A DNA stretch of 64,000 bases from Deltaproteobacteria bacterium (GTDB lineage Bacteria; Myxococcota_A; Polyangia; Polyangiales; Houyiibacteriaceae). Under the pieces are notes generated by a model, which was not told where the DNA came from, did no database searches, and worked only from the letters and a program-made list of their open reading frames with translations. The stretch lies in contig JAXMNT010000008.1 of NCBI GenBank assembly GCA_034670305.1, positions 147,321-211,320 on the forward strand, written 5' to 3'. The first letter of the stretch is position 1, and the number at the start of each line of letters is the position of its first letter. Positions 41,532 through 50,739 of this stretch are shown here, one piece after another. Position numbers and translations under genes: made by a program.

Positions 41532-41605
41532 GCCCCCTTAGCTCAGATGGATAGAGCAGTGGCCTTCTAAGCCGACGGTCTCAGGTTCGAATCCTGAAGG
41601 GGGCG
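41532..41605 (+). tRNA. tRNA-Arg(TCT)
   Basis: GCCCCCT/AGGGGGC acceptor stem, TAGCTCAG..GGATAGAGC D-arm, CTTCTAA anticodon loop, GGTTCGAATCC; CCA not encoded. Confidence 0.93.
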
Positions 41606-41725
41606 CCCCTATTTTTTGCGGGAGATCCGCTCAGCAGCACCAAACGACCTGGGGCCGGCTTGGGGCCAGCCGTCGACGCTGCCGTCCGGTCCAGAGCCTC
41701 CGGCGCGAGGTGCGGTGGAGGAGAG

Positions 41726-42190
41726 ATGGCGTATATTGAACTTCCAGACGGGGCAACGCTCGAAGGTGGCGGTGCGGAAGTGACGGCCGTGCCGGTTGAG
41801 CAATGGAACGAGGTGAGTGGCAACGGAGAGGTTGCTGTTTATGCCGACGCCGCGGACCGAAACGGAATCCTCACTCTGCAGCGTCACGCGACAGCAGGTT
41901 GGCTAATCTCTTGCAACATCAAACCGCTTCGAGGAGTGGGGTCCCCGTGTTTCGCTGTCCACTCACCCCTGGTCGCGCCGCCAGTTGGAATACTCGACTT
42001 CGGCAGCGGTGAGACGTTGCTGTATCCAGCTGGCTTCCTCTTTCCGAGAGAAGAAACCGCACGGGTTGTGGATGAGTTCATGGATTTGGTGGACTACCCG
42101 CCGTCGGCCGTGTGGGAGTCGGGGCTGAACTGGGATGTCTACACCGGAGAGATTGACGAGCAGGAGATTCGAGCGTTGTTTGAGAAGTAG
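41726..42190 (+). CDS. Imm1-like immunity protein
   Basis: GGAGGAG RBS; C-terminal P..LFPREETARVVDEF....PPSAVWE resembles Imm1. Confidence 0.55.
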   Translation: MAYIELPDGATLEGGGAEVTAVPVEQWNEVSGNGEVAVYADAADRNGILTLQRHATAGWLISCNIKPLRGVGSPCFAVHSPLVAPPVGILDFGSGETLLYPAGFLFPREETARVVDEFMDLVDYPPSAVWESGLNWDVYTGEIDEQEIRALFEK

Positions 42191-42512
42191 TACGACTGGT
42201 TCGTCGAAGATCTAACGAGGACCATGATGCGCGGCTTCAACACCTCATCCTTCGGAGCCGCCACTGGGTTGCTCGATGTGGCGAACCTGCGTGAGAGCTG
42301 GTTCTCACCATCCTCTGGACCACAGTGCAATCCCTGTGGTCGGGACGGTTCACGGGTCCGCATAGGCGCGCCCGTCGCGACGGATACGGGCGTCACCTAC
42401 CTCTTCTCGGCGTGGTACAGCCCCGAAGATCCCGAAGCTCCCGAAGTCTATTGTGTAAGCTAGTGCAGCTTGCCCCGACCTGGCGACAGTTGTGGCCCCG
42501 GACACGTGGGTC

Positions 42513-43091
42513 ATGTGTAGACCGGCGGTCGGCTCGACTGCCGGAGTCACCGCCGTCCACGCGATTGGTCTCTCGTGCTTACTCATCGCGGGTTGTTTCC
42601 GAACCCATGGTCTCGGTGACGGTGGACTAGGACCGGACGCGGGTGGAGTCGACGCAGACTGCGATGCGGGCGATGCCCGGCGTCCGCCGCCCAGTGACCC
42701 GTTCTGCTCAGCGAGCGCAGGCAGGACGGTCTTGTGCTTTCCGGAACGGGTCTCGGTCGACGAACCACTGCCGGACCTCGGATTGCAGTTCCGCGGCACA
42801 TGCGTGCAAGACGTGTCGAGCATCGCCAGCGGGACGTCGGACGGGATCGAGTTCTCCGTGGAGGTCTTTGTCGTCGATTGCACAGAGCGCCTCGCGGACC
42901 TCTGCGCCTGCGAGGCGTTTGAGCATCCTCCGTTCTCGACCCCACTCGCCACGCTCGGGCCTCTCACCGTCGGCGAACACACCATCGTGTCCACCTTCGG
43001 ACCGGGAACATCGCCAGCTCGAGTCGAACAGACGTTTCAGGTGGGGGACTGGCCAACCAGCGAACCCATCTGCGTCGAGCTGGTCCCATAG
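42513..43091 (+). CDS. Hypothetical Cys-containing lipoprotein
   Basis: LLIAGC lipobox, DAG linker. Confidence 0.55.
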   Translation: MCRPAVGSTAGVTAVHAIGLSCLLIAGCFRTHGLGDGGLGPDAGGVDADCDAGDARRPPPSDPFCSASAGRTVLCFPERVSVDEPLPDLGLQFRGTCVQDVSSIASGTSDGIEFSVEVFVVDCTERLADLCACEAFEHPPFSTPLATLGPLTVGEHTIVSTFGPGTSPARVEQTFQVGDWPTSEPICVELVP

Positions 43092-43176
43092 CTGGCATCG
43101 TTGCCGCTGGCGTCTGCCCGAGGCGAGCTGCACCTTGGGATCCGTAGATCGATCGCGCACGCGGATTGGAGGTGGA

Positions 43177-43775
43177 TTGGACTCGGTACGTACAGCGCTG
43201 CTCCTGGGACTCACGGTGGGGTGCTTCGGACCTTCCCCACCCCGTGCGTGAGCGGCGTGGAGTTGGGGGAGCGCGTCCTCTTTCAAGTCGTGGAGCCATT
43301 TGATGAAACGTCGCGGTACCTGTTTCTAGAAGGCGACAGGACGCCAGCTCCCCCTTGCGGTCTGCCTGAAGCCGGGATGGCTGACGTTGAACTCGGCCAG
43401 CTGTTCGAGTTCCGGGTAGATGAGATCTACGGCGACAACCTCTGTGTCGTGTACCGCTGCCCCGATGATCTGCCCACGGACAGCATCGAACCGCTGAATG
43501 GGGGACGGGCGCCTATCGGAACTGGCGGGGCCACGTTGTGCCTCAACGCCGAGCGAGACATCGACCTGGGTGACGGGTGCATCGCCCGGAGGGGCACAGA
43601 GCTCAAGGCATTCGCCGCCATCGGCACGCCGCGCGTGGAAGGCGCAAGGCCGCCGACCGTCTTCATGCGCGTTCTCCGCCGTGAGGCAGGCGATTGTGCG
43701 CACATTCCCGGACTTCGAGACGCTCCCGTCTGTCTGGACAAGTGGGTCGTGGATACCGTCGCGCCCGTGGACTGA
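43177..43775 (+). pseudogene. Frameshifted lipoprotein gene, paralogue of 45665-46264
   Basis: Signal peptide LLLGLTVGCFGPSPP lies in a different frame from PCVSGVELGERVLFQVVEPFDETSRY; one base appears missing near 43240-43243. Confidence 0.7.
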
Positions 43776-43820
43776 CGGGCAGTGGCTGGCGCGTCCGCAC
43801 CTCCCTAAAGTGGCCGTCGA

Positions 43821-44138
43821 ATGAGACCGGAACACGCCCGAATCGTTGAGAACCAGTTCCTCTTGAAGCTGCGCATCGAGCTTTGCTTCGACGAAGCGTC
43901 GTACGAGGGCCTGGTCTCCGCGTTGCGGGTGGCGGGGGCCGAGCCGAAGTCGTGGGATGTGCCGCGTCCACTCGTGGAACAGCTCTTCCTCATCGTGACC
44001 GTGGTTCGCGACACGCTGGCTGGATTCCATCAGAACAACGTTCCGACGACTCCATTCATCGAACGTCTGGAAGAAGCCAACGTCGAACTGGACCATCTGG
44101 TAAGGGAATACGTGAGCGAACTGCCACCCTCGGACTGA
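43821..44138 (+). CDS. Small helical protein, immunity-like
   Basis: FLLKLR..FDEASYEGL..W.VPR pattern; 105 aa; island context. Confidence 0.5.
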   Translation: MRPEHARIVENQFLLKLRIELCFDEASYEGLVSALRVAGAEPKSWDVPRPLVEQLFLIVTVVRDTLAGFHQNNVPTTPFIERLEEANVELDHLVREYVSELPPSD

Positions 44139-44262
44139 CGGATCAGCCGCACTCGGCGGGCGGGTCCGACAGACGTCTGCTCGTCCGGCGGATTCTCGAC
44201 CTTGGGTTGCTGGCAGACCAAGCCCTCTTGCAGACCCACCATTCTTTGTAGACCTTGATGGC

Positions 44263-45554
44263 GTGACGCACGAGCAACTGCGGGCGGGTACGATTCTGCT
44301 CTCTCTGGTGGTGGGTTGTTCGGTGGACCGCACCATCACTTGCGTTGCAGAGGATCCTTGGCCGATCGACTCGCCCGTCTTTGACATCGCCGCTCAGGGG
44401 GACTCTGCACTGGTCTCAATCGCTGAGACCGTCCTGGGGGACGATGGACTGCCCCGCTACGCGTTCACCATGTGCGGAGAGTTCGCGCCGGCGAAACGGA
44501 ATCGGAGTTCACGATCGGCTCCACGGTCGTCGCGATTGCGGCTGTGTGGTCGCGTTCTGAAGATGGCGCGGTCCATGCGCAGTTCCTGGGGCGGCCAGAC
44601 GGGGGAGACCCTACGTTCGTTCGAGTTTCGGGCAGGGTCTACCAGATGACCATTGCCCCGGACGATCGGGTGCTGGCGGTTCCCCAGCTCGTGTCGGTGG
44701 TCGAGTCGTCTTCGGGCACCCTCCAGTATGGCGCGGTCGGTTCGCTTCCTGGCGCCTATGATCCAGAGGTGGGCTGGGTGGGTGCAGTCGCGGCGGAGCC
44801 GCGCGGTTGTGGAGACACCGGTGGCGTTCGAGCCGGCGTGATGGTCGGTGGCCGCTGGCGCGCGATCGGATTGCCAGAGTCGGACCGGTGCGACTCTCTG
44901 CGAACGACGACGCCATTCGTCGTTTCTACGGCACACGGCGTCGGGCTGTTCTACCGCGAGTTCGATAGTTCGGAGCCACTGCGCTACGGAATCCTCGACG
45001 GGGATTCGCTGCGTTCCACGACCAGGGTGGGGGCAACCCCGGACCGCTCGGGCGGCTCGCGGGATATGGATGTTCGCGCCGCTGTGCTCGCGGATGGGCG
45101 ACGGATCGTTTTCGCGGAGCACACGGGGACACCGCACGACGCGTGTTTTCGGCTGCGCATGATGGACGCCAATGGCGACCACGCGTGTCCTGCCCGGTGG
45201 CGTCTTGCGTGCGAAGACGACGAGAACCTGTTCACCGAGTACGCCGAGGTGGCCGCCGCCGATCTAGGTGCAGCGGTTGTCTGGGGGGAGCGGCCTGGTC
45301 CGGTGTTTCGAGCGTCGGACCATGACTACCACCAGGAGATCAAGTTCGCGGTGCTCAACTCCGACGGGCAACGGATCAGCAACACACTCGAACTGTACCG
45401 CTGGGAAGGGGTCGACCTCGGTCTCGGCACCATCCCCGTTCGCCCCCACCCATTGGTAGACGCGGATGGGCCGAACGTCTTTGTCGCCTGGAACGATGGG
45501 ACGGGGGGCCGTGCCCCTGCGTACGTACAGAAGATCACGTGCACCGCGGATTGA
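44263..45554 (+). pseudogene. Lipoprotein gene apparently split by a frameshift near 44465-44472
   Basis: LLSLVVGC signal ORF (44263) runs into an overlapping 360-aa ORF (44472-45554) that lacks its own signal. Confidence 0.55.
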
Positions 45555-45664
45555 TCCTCGCCAGCCTCACGACGGCGCGCGCGGTCTTGGTTCTGGATGT
45601 GCGAACGTTCCGATGGCCTCGTGGACGGCGATCCTTATCGAACTGGGCACACGGTCGGGACTGC

Positions 45665-46264
45665 TTGGCATCGGTCGTGGCAGCGCTGCCGCTTGTACTC
45701 GCATTTGGGTGCGTCGGCCCATCCGTGCCGCCGTGTGTGGACGGCCTGGAGTTGGGTGAGCGGGTTCTGTTTCAAGTTGTTGAACCGTTCGATGAGACCT
45801 CCCGCTACATGTACATCCCCGACGTACGGGGCCCGGGGACGCTGCCACCGTGCGACCTGGCAGGCGCGGGGCTGATGGACGTCGAGATCGGTCAGCGCTT
45901 CGAATTCCGAACCGACGAGGTCTATTTCGACAACGTCTGCGTCGTGTACCGGTGCCCCAACGACTTGCCTACGGAGAGCATCGAGTCACTGAACGGCGGA
46001 AGGGCCACGATCGGGTCCGGTGGGTCGCTGTGCCACAACGGAGAGCAGGACGTCGACTTGGGGCATGGGTGTATCGCTCGACGGTCGACGCTGCTCCAGT
46101 CTGTCGCGGGCGTCGGCACGCCGCGGATCGAAGGGCACCGTCCCCCCACTGTATTTACGCGGGCGCTCTACCGAGAAGCGGGTGAATGCGACCACGTGCC
46201 GGCACTGCGGGGCGAAGGCTGCATCGACACCTGGGTCGTCGACACCGTCGCCCCTGTAGACTGA
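45665..46264 (+). CDS. Cys-rich lipoprotein (intact paralogue; start uncertain)
   Basis: LVLAFGC lipobox; shares ELGERVLFQVVEPFDETSRY and WVVDTVAPVD with 43177-43775. Confidence 0.7.
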   Translation: MASVVAALPLVLAFGCVGPSVPPCVDGLELGERVLFQVVEPFDETSRYMYIPDVRGPGTLPPCDLAGAGLMDVEIGQRFEFRTDEVYFDNVCVVYRCPNDLPTESIESLNGGRATIGSGGSLCHNGEQDVDLGHGCIARRSTLLQSVAGVGTPRIEGHRPPTVFTRALYREAGECDHVPALRGEGCIDTWVVDTVAPVD

Positions 46265-46382
46265 CTCAGGGAGGCCGATTGGATTCTGCGAGACCTACGA
46301 TTGGATCCGGTGCAACCCTCTGCCACGCGAGCGGGCTGCATATCCCGCCGGGCGCCGTTCGAGTGCAGGCAATGGGCCGTTG

Positions 46383-47102
46383 ATGCTGTATGTGCGAGAG
46401 GCATCGATGCCCGCCCGTGACGAACTGGTCGAGTGCGATGACTTCGTGCCCATCCGGTGGTCGACGCGAGCCACCTGTGCGCTGTCGTTCGTGAGGTTCG
46501 ATGGAGACCCGATCGGTCTCTTCGAGATCGGCGTGGAGAGCCGGAGTCAGATTGTTCGTTCCCTCGCCTTGGTCGAGGCTCCAGCCGAGGAGGCTTGGCC
46601 GACCTTTGCGGTGGATGCGCAACTCCAGGGCGCGCCTGTCCTCGCCACCGACTTCGAAGGCGCGCGGTACGAGAGGAGCGGAGATGTCCTCCGCTTCGCA
46701 TCGAGGGGCACCCGCGCGCTCTTGTATTGGGCGAAGCTAGAATCCGTGACGCGTCTTGATTGTGCCCTCGCTTCGTTCTTGGTCCAGAGGGAGCAGCTCG
46801 TCGGCGTGGTGGTGCAGCTGGGCGATGCATCGCCCTTGAAGTATCCCCACCATTTGGAGAGCGCATTCGCGGCGCTCACTCACACGACCACAGCGGGGTC
46901 CGACATCCCGCCGGAGTCTGTGGAGTCGATTCGCGACTGTGCGCTGCGCGGTGAGATGGGGGTGGCTCTCGAGGACCTCTGCGCGCAACTCATCGAGTAC
47001 GAGGTCCCGGTCACTTCGAAAGCCATCACGGAGCTGGCCCGAATCGGCGAAGCGATAGGCATACCGCCTGCCACATGGGAGCAACTCCGCGAACGCTCTT
47101 GA
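46383..47102 (+). CDS. Two-domain protein with C-terminal MafI-like immunity domain
   Basis: C-terminal GEMGVALEDLCAQLIEYEVPVT..IG.P..WE resembles the MafI family; separate beta-rich N-terminal domain. Confidence 0.55.
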   Translation: MLYVREASMPARDELVECDDFVPIRWSTRATCALSFVRFDGDPIGLFEIGVESRSQIVRSLALVEAPAEEAWPTFAVDAQLQGAPVLATDFEGARYERSGDVLRFASRGTRALLYWAKLESVTRLDCALASFLVQREQLVGVVVQLGDASPLKYPHHLESAFAALTHTTTAGSDIPPESVESIRDCALRGEMGVALEDLCAQLIEYEVPVTSKAITELARIGEAIGIPPATWEQLRERS

Positions 47103-47161
47103 GCCAGCTCCGGGCGACGACGTGCTGGTCCCGTGCTTTCGGCCGAGGCATTCTGGTTGCG

Positions 47162-47716
47162 ATGGATGGGGACCGAGAGAACGCGACGCGGGTCGCGCTC
47201 GCCATCGAGGCGGATGACCCGTCCGTGCTCGAGGAGTTGCTGCACCTTCTGGACGCAGCGCAGCGTGAGCATGCCATCTGGTACGTGGCGGCGATTGGTT
47301 CGTGTGCGTGCTTGCGGTGGCTCGTCGAGGGGAACGGAATCGACCTTGCGGCAAGGTACGACGGGCAGACGTTGCTCGAAGCAGCGTGCGACGATGACCA
47401 CCTCGAGGCGGTGCGGTTGCTGCTCGGGTGGGGGGCGACGCTCGCCGGAACACCGCTGCACTGCGCTGTGCGACGCTCCTCGGAGGAGATTGTGCGGTTG
47501 CTGGTCGAAGCCGGGGCTTGGGTCGACCAGGGCTACCCGGGGTCGCCGACGGCCCTCGCGTTCGCCCGACGCCGCAAGTTGAAAGAGCTCGAGGCGGCGG
47601 TCCTCGCTGCGGGTGCGACCGCGATGACAGGACAGGGAGTCGACGGCGGCGATGGGCGGCCCGGGCCAGGAACGAAGTTTGTTCGAAAGAGGAAAGCTCG
47701 TGGTGGTTCCGGTTGA
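47162..47716 (+). CDS. Ankyrin-repeat protein
   Basis: GQTLLEAA..DHLEAVRLLLGWGA, GTPLHCA..EIVRLLVEAGA, TALAFA. Confidence 0.85.
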   Translation: MDGDRENATRVALAIEADDPSVLEELLHLLDAAQREHAIWYVAAIGSCACLRWLVEGNGIDLAARYDGQTLLEAACDDDHLEAVRLLLGWGATLAGTPLHCAVRRSSEEIVRLLVEAGAWVDQGYPGSPTALAFARRRKLKELEAAVLAAGATAMTGQGVDGGDGRPGPGTKFVRKRKARGGSG

Positions 47717-47756
47717 AGCGGATGAGACGACTGGCGCCCTGAACCGTTGGGCGTGG

Positions 47757-48077
47757 CTACAAGTGCTCGTGAATCTGGTCGAAGTTCATCTTCGAGCAGT
47801 GCGTGTCTGCGCCCGCTGCGAGCAGTGCGTCGTTGCCTCTTTGGTGGGAGGAGATGGCGACGATGCGGCCATCAAAGACGGCTCGCGCTCGGCGGATGAA
47901 CTCGTCGCCCTTCCCGTCGTCGAGATCGTAGTCCACCAGCACGACGTCGTACGAGTCGTCGAGATCCGCGAGGCCTTGTTCGATGGTTGGCACCACGGTG
48001 ACCGTATGGTCCGCGAGAAACTCGGGCAGCACGGTCTCTACGAAGAGGGCGTTGTTCTCGACCATCAGGAGCTTCAC
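47757..48077 (-). CDS. Single-domain response regulator (CheY-like)
   Basis: LLMVEN, DVVLVDYDL..G, ISS, GAD..SK. Confidence 0.8.
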   Translation of the reverse strand: MKLLMVENNALFVETVLPEFLADHTVTVVPTIEQGLADLDDSYDVVLVDYDLDDGKGDEFIRRARAVFDGRIVAISSHQRGNDALLAAGADTHCSKMNFDQIHEHL

Positions 48078-48096
48078 TGCGTCTCGCCTCGATCGG

Positions 48097-48912
48097 TCAG
48101 GTGAACCACTCGTTGAACTGACTGATGGGGAGGGTTTCGGCCAGCGCGTCGAAGGTGCCTTCGGTTTGGATTTGTTGGGCGGCGTTCACGAAGGCGGTCC
48201 AGGCGGCGCGGGCCATGGCGGAGCCGACGGAGACCCGACGCACGCCGACTGCGGCGACGTCGGAGAGGCGCAGGCCGGCTTGGCCGTTCAGGAGCACGTT
48301 CACTGGGGTGGGTCCGACTTCGGCGACCACGGTGCGGATCGTCTCGAGGTCGCGCAGGCCGGGGGTGTAGACGACGTCCGCGCCGACTTCGATGAAGGCT
48401 TGGAGGCGTTCGATCGATTCGCGGAGTGGCGCTTCGTGGCCGACGAGGAAACACTCGGCGCGTGCGGTCAGGAGCACGTCGGCGCCTTCGGCGTCGATCG
48501 CGGCTCGCGCGGCGGCGACGCGCTCAACCGCTTCGGCGCGTTCGTAGAGTGGTGTGCCCGGGTCGCCGGTGGCGTCTTCGATCGAGAGGCCGGCCACGCC
48601 GGTCTGGACGCACCGGGTGACTTGGTGCGCCACCTCCGTGGCGGTTTCGCCGTAGCCGTTCTGGAAGTCTGCATTGACGGGGAGGTCGGTGGCGCGGACC
48701 AGGATGCGGAGGTGGTCGAGGACTTCGTCGCAGCTCAGCGACGTGGGGGTGTCCGGGCGCGCGTGGGTGAACGCGAAGCCGGCGCTGGTGCTGGCGAGCG
48801 CAGCGAAGCCGAGCTCGCGGAGGATGACCGCGCTGCCTTCGTTCCACGGGTTCGGGATGACGAAGCAGCCGCTCTCGTGGAGGGCGCGGAAACGGGAACG
48901 TGCAGTGGTCAT
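48097..48912 (-). CDS. Isocitrate lyase/PEP mutase family protein
   Basis: PNPWN, ASTSAG, PVNADFQNGY, SIED, ARAE, RRVSVGS. Confidence 0.88.
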   Translation of the reverse strand: MTTARSRFRALHESGCFVIPNPWNEGSAVILRELGFAALASTSAGFAFTHARPDTPTSLSCDEVLDHLRILVRATDLPVNADFQNGYGETATEVAHQVTRCVQTGVAGLSIEDATGDPGTPLYERAEAVERVAAARAAIDAEGADVLLTARAECFLVGHEAPLRESIERLQAFIEVGADVVYTPGLRDLETIRTVVAEVGPTPVNVLLNGQAGLRLSDVAAVGVRRVSVGSAMARAAWTAFVNAAQQIQTEGTFDALAETLPISQFNEWFT

Positions 48913-49439
48913 GACTTGGTGTGCGGGTGCTCCGCGCGCTGTTCGGGGGTGGCGAGGCGGTAGGTGGAGAGGGGCTCTACCCAGTGGGTCTCCGCGTCGC
49001 GGAGGTCTTCGACGTAGTCGTCCCAGTGGCCGAGCAACGCTTCGAAGTAGCTCCCGCCCGATTCGGGAAAGAGGCGCACGTCTTCCGCGGGGGTGTCGGG
49101 ATCGATGGGGCGCCATTGGAAGTCGCCGTAGGTGGTGACGTCGCCGCTCTCGTTCAGGCACGCCGGCATCAGGTGGTAGGTGTTGCCGAGGCTCGGCGTG
49201 CCGAGCTCGACCAAGATCTGGCCGAGGCGTTCGCGGGCGTAGGTGGACAGGAGCTTCTTCGGATCCGCCGGCGTCCACGTGGCTGGGCGGTCGGTCGCGA
49301 ACGACTTCTCGCCCATGCCTTTCCAGACCGTCACCCGCGTCTCGCCCTCGTCGTTCTGCGCGATGAGCAGGGACTTGCTGACGTCCTCCGCGACCCAGAG
49401 GCCGAAGAGATCCGCTCGGAACGGGGACGACTCGGCCAT
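48909..49439 (-). CDS. Hypothetical protein
   Basis: MAESSPFRADLFGLW...; 4-nt overlap with the downstream gene; coding-like bias. Confidence 0.65.
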   Translation of the reverse strand: MAESSPFRADLFGLWVAEDVSKSLLIAQNDEGETRVTVWKGMGEKSFATDRPATWTPADPKKLLSTYARERLGQILVELGTPSLGNTYHLMPACLNESGDVTTYGDFQWRPIDPDTPAEDVRLFPESGGSYFEALLGHWDDYVEDLRDAETHWVEPLSTYRLATPEQRAEHPHTKS

Positions 49440-49465
49440 GCGCGACTCTACCAACCGTTGCGCCG

Positions 49466-50590
49466 CTAGCGGCGGCAGCCGATGCGTTCGGTGGCGACGA
49501 CGACGTCGTCGTAGAGGATGGTCTGGTTGTCCGAGACGGTCAGGCCGCGCTCTTCCATCTGGGTGCGGCGCCGCGCGGAGCTGTCGCGTTCGTAGTAGGC
49601 GTCGAGCATGAACGCTTTGAAGCCGACCTCGTCGCTCGAGCGGAAGTCGAAGCCTTCGAACGGCGCCGGGTCCGTGCACGCGGAGAACTCGCAGCCGTCG
49701 ATGTGGAACTGCGCGCGCAGCCAGGTCCCGTCCGGCGAACCTTCCCGGTAGTCGACGATGGGTGCGTCGTCGATCCAGTACGCGAGCGAGCCGTCGGACG
49801 AACCGACGGTGTTCGCCTCGGCGTGAATCTCGATGCACACCCAGCGGTCGCGCGGGAAGGGATCCTGCGGCGGGCGGAAGACGTTTCCGTAGTAGTACGT
49901 CATGCCCTGGTCGCCTTCGCATCCGGGGGTGGCGCTGCCGTCGTTGCAACGTCCCGAACGCATCCGGTACCAGTACACGTAGAAGTTGAACTCGTCGTCG
50001 ATGTTGGCATCGAAGTCGAACCAGAAGCCGCGGTCGCCGGGCGGCACGGTGTTGGCGAGCCCGCTCGACTCCCAGGTCGCGTCGCCCGCGCCCATGCGCA
50101 CCCAGTGGTGCGGGTTCGGGGCGAGCTCCGGGAACCGCGCGTAGAAGCGGTAGTAGATCGAGTCGACCCGTTCGTGCTGCACGCGGGTGGAGGACGAGAT
50201 GTACATGTCGTCGGCGAGGTGCGCGCGCGTCACCGTGGAGCGCAGGTAGCCGTCGCCCGCGTTGGCGACGGAGCCGTCGGTCTCGAGGTGCAGGTAGGTC
50301 GTGTCCGCGGACGGTGCGTCCCACCGGCCCCAGCCGGCTTCGAAGTCGTCGAAGAAGAGCACGGCCGGATCGTCGGCGAGCCCGAGGTCGCCTGGGTACC
50401 GCTCGCTCAGCGTGCCACTGGGCGGCGGGGCGTCCGGTCGCGGCGCGTCGACACCCGGCGCGTCCACACCGGGGGCGTCGATACCGGGCGCGTCGACACC
50501 GGGCGCGTCCGGCCGGCGGCCCGCGTCGCTGCTGCTGTCGTCGTCTCCGCAGGCGCAGAGGACGAGAAGGAGGATGGCCAGTGGTCGCAT
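49466..50590 (-). CDS. Lipoprotein, polysaccharide-lyase/lectin-like beta-sandwich
   Basis: LCAC lipobox, DAPG repeats, LFFDDFE, RWVCIE, YDDVVVATERIGC. Confidence 0.6.
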   Translation of the reverse strand: MRPLAILLLVLCACGDDDSSSDAGRRPDAPGVDAPGIDAPGVDAPGVDAPRPDAPPPSGTLSERYPGDLGLADDPAVLFFDDFEAGWGRWDAPSADTTYLHLETDGSVANAGDGYLRSTVTRAHLADDMYISSSTRVQHERVDSIYYRFYARFPELAPNPHHWVRMGAGDATWESSGLANTVPPGDRGFWFDFDANIDDEFNFYVYWYRMRSGRCNDGSATPGCEGDQGMTYYYGNVFRPPQDPFPRDRWVCIEIHAEANTVGSSDGSLAYWIDDAPIVDYREGSPDGTWLRAQFHIDGCEFSACTDPAPFEGFDFRSSDEVGFKAFMLDAYYERDSSARRRTQMEERGLTVSDNQTILYDDVVVATERIGCRR

Positions 50591-50653
50591 GCGGGGAAGG
50601 ATACCTGGCGGACGGCGGCGCTTGAAGGAGGCCGGGCGCAGCTCGCTTGCCCT

Positions 50654-50723
50654 CAAACCCCAGAACCGCAAACCCCAGAACCGAGGGCAAGGGCAAGGGC
50701 AAGGGCAAGGGCAGGGGCAAGGA
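50654..50723 (+). repeat. 15-bp duplication plus (AGGGCA)n array
   Basis: CAAACCCCAGAACCG twice, then about six AGGGCA units. Confidence 0.85.
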
Positions 50724-50739
50724 AGCCTAACTCCAACTG

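Noticed and set aside
41598-41617. Intrinsic terminator overlapping the tRNA-Arg 3' end
   Set aside because: Only a 5-bp stem with a 3-nt loop that competes with the acceptor stem
42224-42463. 79-aa ORF in the island as a toxin remnant
   Set aside because: No recognisable toxin motif; possibly a gene fragment but unassignable
42190-46383. Integron cassette array
   Set aside because: No recurring attC-like inverted repeats or shared spacer motif were recognisable by eye
41580-47760. Integrative element or prophage at tRNA-Arg
   Set aside because: No integrase or phage genes, and no duplicated tRNA 3' end seen at the far boundary
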